Sequence record: DRR378314_797
Direction: 5' to 3' (one strand)
Length of the DNA: 43,803 bases
In this document: positions 29,801-37,273 of the stretch, piece by piece
How positions within the stretch are numbered: position 1 is the first letter of the stretch
Layout: every line of letters begins with the position of its first letter
Notes under the pieces: generated by a model
Seen by the model: the letters and a program-made list of their open reading frames with translations, nothing else
Databases searched by the model: none
What the model was told of the DNA's origin: nothing
Made by a program: the position numbers and the translations under genes

Positions 29801-29946
29801 ATCGAATTTCAAATATCAATACCATTATGGGCAAGTTGATTTTGGCATTGTATCATAATGATGCTGCAGCACTGAAGGAAATAAGAACCCAAAACGTTTT
29901 GAACCATCCGTCTCTGAAAATATTGGAAGCAGCGAGTAAATATTGA
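26824..29946 (+). CDS. Secreted DUF5107 + TPR protein (YphG-like)
   Basis: GTG start, signal SIA|Q; LENDFIKVFVLPEIGGKVW, GPWTSGGIEFNF, GQKLWLW, LTDTDGQYMEFQAG; C-terminal TPRs; WPENLGVGKP. Confidence 0.8.
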   Translation: MKVKIISLIIALGLCLGSIAQSPSATIKEEIMSLDTYDFSKPNPVPILTDNAKIFPYFKYEGYENIAKKKNWKVVTLENDFIKVFVLPEIGGKVWGAIEKSTGEEFLYKNEVIKFRNISMRGPWTSGGIEFNFGIIGHHPSTATPVDYVVKTNDDGSVSCVVGSADLPSNTDWRVEIRLEKDKAYFETNASWYNGSPIDQSYYNWMTAAAVVSDDLEFIYPGNQFLEHGGAAKPWPIDAEGRDLSLYKNNNFDKDISEHVVGDYKDYFGGYYHNRNFGFGHWAPYEEMPGQKLWLWSMARSGAIWEDLLTDTDGQYMEFQAGRLLNQYSPGETNPISQANFEPYVMDRWKEIWFPFKEIGGMVDATEYGVLNVKESDKGLYIGINALQSLKDNLQVFINGKEVYSEEISLKPMGVFSKELPFKESGEILVQLGNKKLLYSSDGESTLIKRPFIDNEAIKVSMSEQLYHEGWEALKFRDYELASKKLNELVDFDPSHQDGLLKLAGLEYRKTDYHKALEYVNRVLKLDTYNTEANYLAGIIYRALNDSINALESFGWAARSMKYRSVSYAQMAEIYFSLQNLERANLYANKALDYNTYNLNARKIKLLLQRKNNSSNAFNEEYNALIKIDPLNHFALIEFQLLSRDTPLIMPKEINNEFPDESILELAIYYKDIGLVSEAMEILKLSKTSNAKIHLWAAYLTQDMAAGPSNEYLAKAIADPVDFVFPYRQETIDILQWAISQNANWKFKYYLAQNYIAVGQKNLGLQLLKECGNEPDSDIFYRFRAKMFKNEDYAANEKDYLKALQLNNTDWKLREEVIQFYLDNDKIEAAYKLAKKSYSKYPKNANIGLIYAKSALLNNQYGKTIEVLNDILILPFEHASESKKIYTDAHILMALDNMQSKNYKRAISFLESSKEWPENLGVGKPFHADERLQDYLLAVNFELLKDSRKSEQLLTNILSYQNNNKKMVSANELFELLSLKKLGKSAELESSINRISNINTIMGKLILALYHNDAAALKEIRTQNVLNHPSLKILEAASKY

Positions 29947-30044
29947 TTGCAGCTGCCAGAGGTATTTTAGATTAAAGATCAGTACTATAATTCGAGTAGT
30001 TACCAACCATTAATTAAGTGGTTTTAGTTATAAATCTTTCAAAA

Positions 30045-30072
30045 AAAAAGCTCACTTTTCAGTGAGCTTTTT
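30045..30072. terminator. Bidirectional intrinsic terminator
   Basis: AAAAAGCTCACT-tttc-AGTGAGCTTTTT between convergent genes. Confidence 0.85.
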
Positions 30073-30092
30073 AAATTTGGTACGCCAATATA

Positions 30093-30938
30093 TTACATGG
30101 CCCCCCACTCTTTCAAGGAGTCTTTGTTCATCTTAATATAATCATCATTACCTGCTGCTTCGGCAGCGGCCAAAGATTTTTTAGCAGTTTCAATGGCTTG
30201 TTTTTTGTCACCTGCCTTAGCGTAGATCAATGATTGTTGTCTCAACTGCCAAAAAGCTGGTTTCTCCGTCATGCTCATGGCTTTATCCATCCATTCCTTG
30301 GCCTTATTGATATCCTTACCGGAATTCATATAATATACAGCAGCTGCATAATAATCATTGGCATCCGGGCCATTCATTACTTTTTCTATTGAACTTGTTA
30401 CAGCCTTGTCCGTAGGAACATCAAACTTAACACCTACATATGCATCTGACCAAAACATGCCTAAAGTGGCAGCGTTATCAGAAAGGCCATCTATAGAAAT
30501 CGTAAAAGTTTCAACCTCAAATGGCAGATTTTGCACTTGAGCAGTAGTTTTGGCGGCTACCTTGCTTTCATCCCAATCAGACGGAGTGCCGCCACCATTG
30601 TAATCGGTATAGAAAATAACTTCCCAGGAACTAGCTCCCGGCTTGGTAAAAATAGCATAGGAACCAGCTTTAAGTTCTTGACCTCCAATATTTACATTTT
30701 CACTAAAGATTATTTTGGTCCTGGCGTTGGCGCCTGTTCTCCATAATTTATCATAAGGTACCAAATCCCCAAAAATGGTTCTTCCACGCATGGATGGCCT
30801 GGAATATTCCACCGTTACATCGGTCAATCCAACCTTTTGGATCAAAGTTGAGGACGGACTCGCTGCCGGCGTTGAGATCTGTGACTGTAGTCCAAAGGAT
30901 ACAGCAATCATAAATACTAAAAGTGTTATTTTTTTCAT
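30093..30938 (-). CDS. DUF2911 domain secreted protein with C-terminal TPR-like helices
   Basis: PAASP, QKVGLTDVTVEYSRP, IFGDLVPYDKLWRTGAN and GSYAIFTKP motifs; signal peptide. Confidence 0.87.
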   Translation of the reverse strand: MKKITLLVFMIAVSFGLQSQISTPAASPSSTLIQKVGLTDVTVEYSRPSMRGRTIFGDLVPYDKLWRTGANARTKIIFSENVNIGGQELKAGSYAIFTKPGASSWEVIFYTDYNGGGTPSDWDESKVAAKTTAQVQNLPFEVETFTISIDGLSDNAATLGMFWSDAYVGVKFDVPTDKAVTSSIEKVMNGPDANDYYAAAVYYMNSGKDINKAKEWMDKAMSMTEKPAFWQLRQQSLIYAKAGDKKQAIETAKKSLAAAEAAGNDDYIKMNKDSLKEWGAM

Positions 30939-31112
30939 GTTGATAAGTGTTTAGAACGTTTCTGCTAAATTACATATTAAAAGCCTAATCTGGAAGTGGG
31001 TTTGCAGTATTGTATCCAACCTATTGTAATATTTTCCCAATCGATAATGATAAATAGCCTATCATGTTTTACTCCTTTTTTACTAAATTTATAGAACGCC
31101 AATATTTGATAT

Positions 31113-31532
31113 ATGACAGAGAACAAAACCAGACCTAACAATAATTCCGTCATAGCCTTTCTAAATTCTGTTGAGGGCGAAGAAAAGCGTAAGGATTCAC
31201 ATGCATTATTGCAATTGTTTAAAAGTATAACCCTTGAACCTGCAGTAATGTGGGGTGAAAGTATAGTCGGCTTTGGCAGTTATCATTACAAATACGATTC
31301 TGGTCGGGAAGGAGATATGTGCATCACGGGATTTTCCCCTAGAAAGTCCAATTTTTCAATCTACATCATGTCTGGATTTTCCAATTACCAGGATCTATTG
31401 GAACAATTGGGGCCACACAAAACGGGCAAAGCCTGTCTGTATGTAAAACGATTATCGGATATTGATATGGACGTTCTTTCAGAAATTATACGATCATCCT
31501 ACCTTCATTATAAAAACAAACATTCCCAATAA
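31113..31532 (+). CDS. DUF1801 (YdhG-like) protein
   Basis: MWGESIVGFGSYHYKYDSGREG, GFSPRK and LGPHKTGKACLY motifs. Confidence 0.85.
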   Translation: MTENKTRPNNNSVIAFLNSVEGEEKRKDSHALLQLFKSITLEPAVMWGESIVGFGSYHYKYDSGREGDMCITGFSPRKSNFSIYIMSGFSNYQDLLEQLGPHKTGKACLYVKRLSDIDMDVLSEIIRSSYLHYKNKHSQ

Positions 31533-31540
31533 AGATTCTC

Positions 31541-32131
31541 ATGCAAAACTTCACTAAGTATCTAAAAACCAAGGCGAATATAGCGGAACCTGAATTTCAG
31601 CTGCTTATAAAAAAAGTGGAATTCAGAAATATTGAGAAAGGGGAAGTACTTTTGCGTCCGGGAGAAGTTTGTAGACATTCCTTCTTTGTTGAAAATGGTC
31701 TTTTACGGTCCTATACGGTTGACGACGCAGGTAAGGAACATATAATTCAGTTTGGTTCAGAAAATTGGATCGTTTCCGATAGGAGCAGTGCTTTTTTTAA
31801 TGAACCTTCAGATTTGTTTATCGATGCCATAGAGGATACCGAAGTAGTTTTAATAAGTTCGGACTTTATAAACGAAGCCAGTGAAATAAGTTCTTCATTT
31901 AGAAACTACAATCAAATTGCCCTTCAGAACCACATTAGACACCAACAAAAAAGAATAAATCTTTTGTTGAGCGCAAGTGCTGAAAGGAGATATATGAATT
32001 TTATTAAATTATACCCCGATCTAACCTTAAGAGTGCCACAATGGATGATTGCTTCTTATTTGGGCATTACCCCGGAGAGTCTTAGTAGGGTACGAAAAGA
32101 ATTGGCTCATAAGAATTTTAAGCCTAACTAG
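31541..32131 (+). CDS. Crp/Fnr family transcriptional regulator
   Basis: cNMP-binding beta-roll (FVENGLLRSY...GKEHI) and HTH IASYLGITPESLSRVRK. Confidence 0.92.
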   Translation: MQNFTKYLKTKANIAEPEFQLLIKKVEFRNIEKGEVLLRPGEVCRHSFFVENGLLRSYTVDDAGKEHIIQFGSENWIVSDRSSAFFNEPSDLFIDAIEDTEVVLISSDFINEASEISSSFRNYNQIALQNHIRHQQKRINLLLSASAERRYMNFIKLYPDLTLRVPQWMIASYLGITPESLSRVRKELAHKNFKPN

Positions 32132-32143
32132 CGATTACATTAC

Positions 32144-32157
32144 TTATCATACATCAA
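32144..32157. promoter_or_regulatory. Degenerate Crp/Fnr-type box TTATC-ATAC-ATCAA
   Basis: Has TTGAT-N4-ATCAA geometry with one perfect half-site and lies between the Crp gene and pirin. Confidence 0.45.
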
Positions 32158-32212
32158 TGCACAGAATCCCCTTTCCTTGTATTATTGTTATATAATTATT
32201 AAATAGATATAG

Positions 32213-33091
32213 ATGAATACAAAGAATATAGAAATAGTAGTGGCTCCAAGGGAACCGCACTATGTGGGTGACGGATTTAGGGTACATAACTTTATCCCCA
32301 GTGGATATAGGTTGGATATGGAAAGAATGGATCCTTTTATTCTTTTGGACTACAATTCCCCATTTTACTTCCCTCCTACCGATAAACCTAGAGGGGTTAG
32401 TGTACATCCGCACAGGGGTTTTGAAACGGTTACCATAGCATATCAGGGGAAAGTGGCCCATCATGACAGTTCGGGCAATAGTGGGGTGATTGGCGTAGGG
32501 GATGTACAGTGGATGACCGCAGCCTCAGGGATACTTCATAAGGAATATCACGAAGAGAAATTTAGTAAAGAAGGCGGGTATTTCCAAATGGCACAGCTTT
32601 GGGTAAACCTTCCAGCAAAATATAAAATGTCTGCTCCAAAATATCAGGGAATAACCAATTCCCAGATAAATAAATATCAGTTGGAAGACAATAAAGGGCT
32701 CATTGAAGTCATTGCGGGGAACTATAAAAATGTTGCCGGCGCAGCATCAACCTTTTCCCCTGTTAATATGTTGAATGCTAGAATTGAAGAAGGTGGTAAA
32801 GCGGGTTTTAGCTTTCCAGCTGCCTACAATACTGCCTTACTGGTAGTTGCCGGGGAAATAAATGTGAATGGAACGCAGACTGTAGCCGAAAATCACTTTG
32901 TACTCTTTGAAAATGAGGGTGAAGACTTTAATATCGAGGCCACTAAAAAGTCGATTGTTCTAATTTTAAGCGGTGAGCCTCTTAACGAACCAATAGCTGC
33001 CCAAGGGCCCTTTGTAATGAATACCCGTGAGGAAATAGCCCAAGCAATAAAAGATTATAATTTGGGCAAATTTGGCTATTTGGAGGAATAA
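32213..33091 (+). CDS. Pirin family protein
   Basis: DPFILLD, HPHRGFETVT, QWMTAASGILHKE, QLWVNLP and GPFVMNT motifs. Confidence 0.95.
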   Translation: MNTKNIEIVVAPREPHYVGDGFRVHNFIPSGYRLDMERMDPFILLDYNSPFYFPPTDKPRGVSVHPHRGFETVTIAYQGKVAHHDSSGNSGVIGVGDVQWMTAASGILHKEYHEEKFSKEGGYFQMAQLWVNLPAKYKMSAPKYQGITNSQINKYQLEDNKGLIEVIAGNYKNVAGAASTFSPVNMLNARIEEGGKAGFSFPAAYNTALLVVAGEINVNGTQTVAENHFVLFENEGEDFNIEATKKSIVLILSGEPLNEPIAAQGPFVMNTREEIAQAIKDYNLGKFGYLEE

Positions 33092-33147
33092 AGTGTAAAT
33101 TGGAAATAAGATTATTGGATTATATTGTATAAATAATAACGATAGCT

Positions 33148-33441
33148 ATGGAATACAAATTAATAGATAATACGGAAGGAAAGCAATATGAATACCATAT
33201 TAATGGCGTTATTGCCAAAATTGAATATATAAGGACAAAAGATAAAATTTATCTTACCCATACAGAGGTTCCCAAGGAATTGGAAGGCCAAGGAGTAGCC
33301 TCCGCCTTGGTTAAGGATGTCTTGAAGGATATAGAAAGTAAGGAATTGACCTTGATTCCCATGTGCCCCTTTGTAGCTTCTTACATAAAAAGGCATCCAG
33401 ATTGGAAAAAATTAGTACTAAAAGGAATTAATATCGCGTAA
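33148..33441 (+). CDS. Minimal GNAT acetyltransferase (YjdJ-like)
   Basis: LTHTEVPKELEGQGVAS and PMCPFV motifs; 97 aa. Confidence 0.88.
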   Translation: MEYKLIDNTEGKQYEYHINGVIAKIEYIRTKDKIYLTHTEVPKELEGQGVASALVKDVLKDIESKELTLIPMCPFVASYIKRHPDWKKLVLKGINIA

Positions 33442-33443
33442 TT

Positions 33444-33674
33444 ATGGACAAGAAAGAAAATTCAAAGGAATACACCAATGGTGAAATTACTGTAGTCTGG
33501 AAACCTTCAAAATGCATTCATGCTGGAGTATGCGTCAAAACCTTGCCACAGGTTTATGATCCAAAAGGGAAACCGTGGATAAAGCCAGAGATGGCAACGA
33601 CCGAACAATTGAAATCGCAGATCGCAAATTGTCCGTCCGGGGCCCTATCGTTTTATATGAACGGCAAAAGCTAA
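33444..33674 (+). CDS. Divergent 4Fe-4S mono-cluster protein (YjdI-like)
   Basis: KCIHAGVC, PWI and CPSGAL motifs. Confidence 0.88.
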   Translation: MDKKENSKEYTNGEITVVWKPSKCIHAGVCVKTLPQVYDPKGKPWIKPEMATTEQLKSQIANCPSGALSFYMNGKS

Positions 33675-33810
33675 AAACTTATATCTATCGACAAATTTGA
33701 AATGCACGATTCACCAATTAAAGAGTATCTTTATGCTGGACTAAGCGATCCTCAAGGGAGCATTGGTTTCAAGTTTTAATGATGTAATGTTTTAAACGAA
33801 GTTTAGAAGA

Positions 33811-34353
33811 ATGATTAATATATTTCTTAAAAGTTTCCATTTAACAGGACTCAAAATATGTCTTGTCCTCTTCTCCTTGCCAATGATTATTAGTTGTTCC
33901 GAGGAAAAGGCAGTAAGTCATATAGACCCCATTAATTGGCAAAAGAGATCCTTGGCCCTACCTGCTCAGGACTCACTTATTAAAGGTAGTTCTTATTTGT
34001 CCATATACTCGTCCATATACGATGGCACGGAAAGAACGCTGCATCATTTAACGGCTACGGCAAGTATGAGGAATGTAAGTAACACCGATTCTATATATAT
34101 CCTAAAAGCTGAATATTACAATACGCAAGGAGATCTTATTCGCACCTATTTTAACAAGCCTATATTTCTGAAACCTTTGGAAACCATAGAAATTGTTATC
34201 GATCAAGATGATGAACATGGGGGTACAGGTGCCAATTTTGTTTTTGATTGGGCTGTGGAATCTCATAATCACGAGCCTATTTTTGAAGCCGTTATGATCT
34301 CGACTACAGGACAACAGGGAATTTCCTTTACTACTCGGGGAATAAAATTGTAG
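33811..34353 (+). CDS. DUF3124 lipoprotein
   Basis: Lipobox IIS|C; YLSIYSSIY, SMRN, GGTGANFVFDW, PIFEAVMIS and GISFTTRG motifs. Confidence 0.8.
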   Translation: MINIFLKSFHLTGLKICLVLFSLPMIISCSEEKAVSHIDPINWQKRSLALPAQDSLIKGSSYLSIYSSIYDGTERTLHHLTATASMRNVSNTDSIYILKAEYYNTQGDLIRTYFNKPIFLKPLETIEIVIDQDDEHGGTGANFVFDWAVESHNHEPIFEAVMISTTGQQGISFTTRGIKL

Positions 34354-34500
34354 GCTTTCTATTCGGCCATTAATTAGACTTAACATCAAATCTTCCTTCC
34401 TGTACCAAACAAAAAAAAAGACTATATTTAATTATGTCTAGTCTTAAGCATATTTACCATCAGTGTTGTTGTTTCTTATAACCTAATTCATTGCTGCATT

Positions 34501-35160
34501 ATGATCAAGGTACCTTCTTTTGGGAGTAAACTAAGAAAAAATATAGTGGAGGTGCCCGAGGCAATCAACACTTGTTCAGGAATACGTGTTTTTGGGCAAT
34601 TACTAAAATCTTTTCTTTTCTGTACAGATGTTGCCATCATTAGAAACACTAATGCCAATGCTATAATTGCTGTCTATCCCTTTACTCCCCAGCCTCTAAT
34701 TAGCCATGCCTTGATTTTGGCAGCCGACAAACCTATATTTTGTGGTGTTGGTGGTGGAATTACAACAGGTAAAAGATCTGTGGAACTGGCTTTGCATGCA
34801 GAGTTTCAAGGAGCCTTGGGGGTTGTCTTGAACAAACCCACTCCCAATGAACTTATAGCCAGATTAAAGTCGAAAATTGACATTCCAGTAACCATCACCA
34901 TGGTTTCTGAAAAGGATGACATAAAAGGAAGAATAGCCGCTGGGGTGGATATCTTTAACGTTTCAGGAGCGGGTAAAACTGCTGACATTGTTAAGCGCAT
35001 TAGGGATATTGACAGCGATATAGCTATTTTGGCCACAGGAGGCCATTTGGAGGAAGACATTATAAGAACCATAGAAGCAGGTGCCAATGCCATTAGCTAT
35101 ACGCCTCCTTCCACAAGCGAGTTGTTCAAGGATATCATGCTAAAGTACAGAAGCGAATAA
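34501..35160 (+). CDS. Uncharacterised TIM-barrel protein with a phosphate-binding-like motif
   Basis: AVYPFTPQP, GVGGGITTG, AGVDIFNVSG and ILATGG...AGANAISY; alternating beta/alpha pattern. Confidence 0.65.
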   Translation: MIKVPSFGSKLRKNIVEVPEAINTCSGIRVFGQLLKSFLFCTDVAIIRNTNANAIIAVYPFTPQPLISHALILAADKPIFCGVGGGITTGKRSVELALHAEFQGALGVVLNKPTPNELIARLKSKIDIPVTITMVSEKDDIKGRIAAGVDIFNVSGAGKTADIVKRIRDIDSDIAILATGGHLEEDIIRTIEAGANAISYTPPSTSELFKDIMLKYRSE

Positions 35161-35207
35161 TTATAAACTGATCAAAATCCAAACTTAAAACCAATAACCC
35201 TTATTGC

Positions 35208-35507
35208 ATGAATATCATACACAGTATCCCAGAAAACATTTTTGAAAGCATAGGAATTGCAGCCGGCCTAAGTGCCTGTCTGGTCATAGCTATACAGGTC
35301 TATAAAGAATACCGCTATAAAGGTCCCAGCAGCCTCTCCAATGGCTTTATTTTTGGCTGGGTATTTATTTATCTGTTTTGGTGTTTTTACGGAATCCGTT
35401 TTAATACCGTAGCCCTTTGGCTTACCAATGCCATTGCGGTAGTTCTCCAATTGGCTCTCTGTTTTATTGTGGTTAGAAAAAGAAAACTATATAGTTCGCA
35501 AACCTAA
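35208..35507 (+). CDS. SemiSWEET/PQ-loop-like 3-TM transporter
   Basis: 99 aa with three TMs; IGIAAG...IQVYK, SLS, FWCFYG and WLTN (conserved Trp/Asn pair). Confidence 0.7.
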   Translation: MNIIHSIPENIFESIGIAAGLSACLVIAIQVYKEYRYKGPSSLSNGFIFGWVFIYLFWCFYGIRFNTVALWLTNAIAVVLQLALCFIVVRKRKLYSSQT

Positions 35508-35531
35508 CGTTTAGAGTATTATTTTTTTAGC

Positions 35532-36203
35532 ATGAAAACAATGAAGAATGCCTTTATTGGCGTATTTATTCTTTTGGTACTCTTGGATCTGGTGACAGGA
35601 TACCTTCATTACCAAGTCCTAAGACAGTTCACCAAACCGCTTATACTGCTTTCACTACTATTGTTTTTTGGGGTATATGGAAGGCAGCTTGCCAAAAAGA
35701 TATATCGGTACAGTTTGTTAGCGCTTTTCTTTTCCTTATTGGGAGACATATTCCTGCTCTATGATCATCTCTCACCCTTGTATTTTATGTGTGGACTAAT
35801 AGCTTTTCTGCTTGCCCATATAACTTATTCCTTGGTTTTTCTTATCCAGGGCAAAACTATATTTAAAAAGGAAATGGGCGTGGTAGCCGCCTTATTGCTG
35901 GTCTATGGCACTACCCTGTTCATAATTCTTCAGGATAATTTGGGGGCGTTAAAAATCCCTGTAATTATTTACATCTTAGGTATTTTAGCAATGGCCGTTT
36001 CTGCTTACAGTAGAAAGGATCAGGTTAATCATATAAGTTTCCAATTGGTATTTATTGGAGCCATGTTCTTTGTCTTATCCGATAGTATCCTTGCCATCAA
36101 TAAGTTTCTTGTGATTATACCGGGGTCACACATTCTGGTAATGGGTACTTATGCCGCGGCACAATATTTAATTGTAAGAGGTTTGTTGGTGGGTAATGAC
36201 TGA
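35532..36203 (+). CDS. YhhN/TMEM86 lysoplasmalogenase family membrane protein
   Basis: TKP, FSLLGDIFL, GLIAFLLAH, FVLSDSILA and TYAAAQ motifs. Confidence 0.9.
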   Translation: MKTMKNAFIGVFILLVLLDLVTGYLHYQVLRQFTKPLILLSLLLFFGVYGRQLAKKIYRYSLLALFFSLLGDIFLLYDHLSPLYFMCGLIAFLLAHITYSLVFLIQGKTIFKKEMGVVAALLLVYGTTLFIILQDNLGALKIPVIIYILGILAMAVSAYSRKDQVNHISFQLVFIGAMFFVLSDSILAINKFLVIIPGSHILVMGTYAAAQYLIVRGLLVGND

Positions 36204-36624
36204 TTATATTCAAGTTCAAGAGATATCGGCGGTAGAAACCTACCCGTTAAGGCATGAGGTAATGTGGCCAAACATGCCTATGGATTATATTGTCCTTCCC
36301 AATGATGAACAGGGAATCCATTTTGGACTCTTTTCAAATGATACCTTAATTGCAGTTGCCTCATTATTTATAGAAAACAACATTGCACAGTTCCGCAAAC
36401 TTGCCACGGCTATCCCAGAACAGGGAAAGGGCTATGGCAGCCAACTCCTCTCCCATCTCATAGCCTACGCCAAAGACAAAAAAGTATATAAAATATGGTG
36501 CAATGCCCGAACGGACAAAAAGGAATTTTATTTAAAATTTAGTTTGGAAGTCACCAACATTGCTTTTAGAAAACACGAAATTGACTATGTGTTAATGGAA
36601 AAAATTATAATACCTCAAAAATAA
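36196..36624 (+). CDS. GNAT family N-acetyltransferase
   Basis: TYPLRHEVMW, QFRKLAT, QGKGYGS (acetyl-CoA motif A), WCNAR and FY. Confidence 0.88.
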   Translation: MTDYIQVQEISAVETYPLRHEVMWPNMPMDYIVLPNDEQGIHFGLFSNDTLIAVASLFIENNIAQFRKLATAIPEQGKGYGSQLLSHLIAYAKDKKVYKIWCNARTDKKEFYLKFSLEVTNIAFRKHEIDYVLMEKIIIPQK

Positions 36625-36757
36625 CCACTAAAACAGTTGAGCTCTTACTATTTTATTCATTTTTAAGTACCTTTCTTACCTGCAAAATTATGCGCTTTGT
36701 ACTCAACCTATTTCAACCTTATATCATTATCCTATTTAAAAATTAAAACCTATTAAT

Positions 36758-37204
36758 ATGTATAAATCTTTATTTCCAATATTATTTTTTTTTAGCATTC
36801 AAATCCATGCTCAAAGCTTTGATTTTAAGATCGACCACTCCTCCCTAATCGTCAATAATCTGGACACTACTGCAGATTTCTATTCCAACATTCTAAAGTT
36901 AAAGGAAATTCCACACCCTGACAAAGCACCTGGCTTTCGTTGGTTTGCTGTCCAGGGCAATTCACAGCTGCATCTGATCTATAAGGATACAGTGGTAATG
37001 AAGAAGCATAAATCCATGCACCTTTGTTTATCCACACCAAACTTGGAGACCTTTATTGAACATTTGGAAAGTAACAACGTGGAATATGAGGATTGGCCGG
37101 GGACAAAAGGAGCGGTTACCTTGCGTTCGGATGGAGTACGACAGATATATCTCACAGATCCCGAAGGCTATTGGATAGAAGTCAATAACGCCAAGCACGA
37201 TTAA
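36758..37204 (+). CDS. Secreted VOC/glyoxalase family protein
   Basis: Signal IHA|Q; DH, FY..IL, LHL, HLCL and DPEGYWIEV motifs. Confidence 0.87.
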   Translation: MYKSLFPILFFFSIQIHAQSFDFKIDHSSLIVNNLDTTADFYSNILKLKEIPHPDKAPGFRWFAVQGNSQLHLIYKDTVVMKKHKSMHLCLSTPNLETFIEHLESNNVEYEDWPGTKGAVTLRSDGVRQIYLTDPEGYWIEVNNAKHD

Positions 37205-37273
37205 AAAATCCAGTCTATAATTTGGCTAGATTTAGTAAATTTGGCTTTTAACGAAAAAAATAAATTGAAGCAT

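Noticed and set aside
33702-33779. 25-aa ORF MHDSPIKEYLYAGLSDPQGSIGFKF or a structured leader before DUF3124
   Set aside because: No TM segment or motif and only a weak hairpin; unsupported without conservation data.
34418-34445. AAGACTA...TAGTCTT inverted repeat
   Set aside because: A 7-bp stem with a 14-nt loop; terminator, operator and chance cannot be distinguished.
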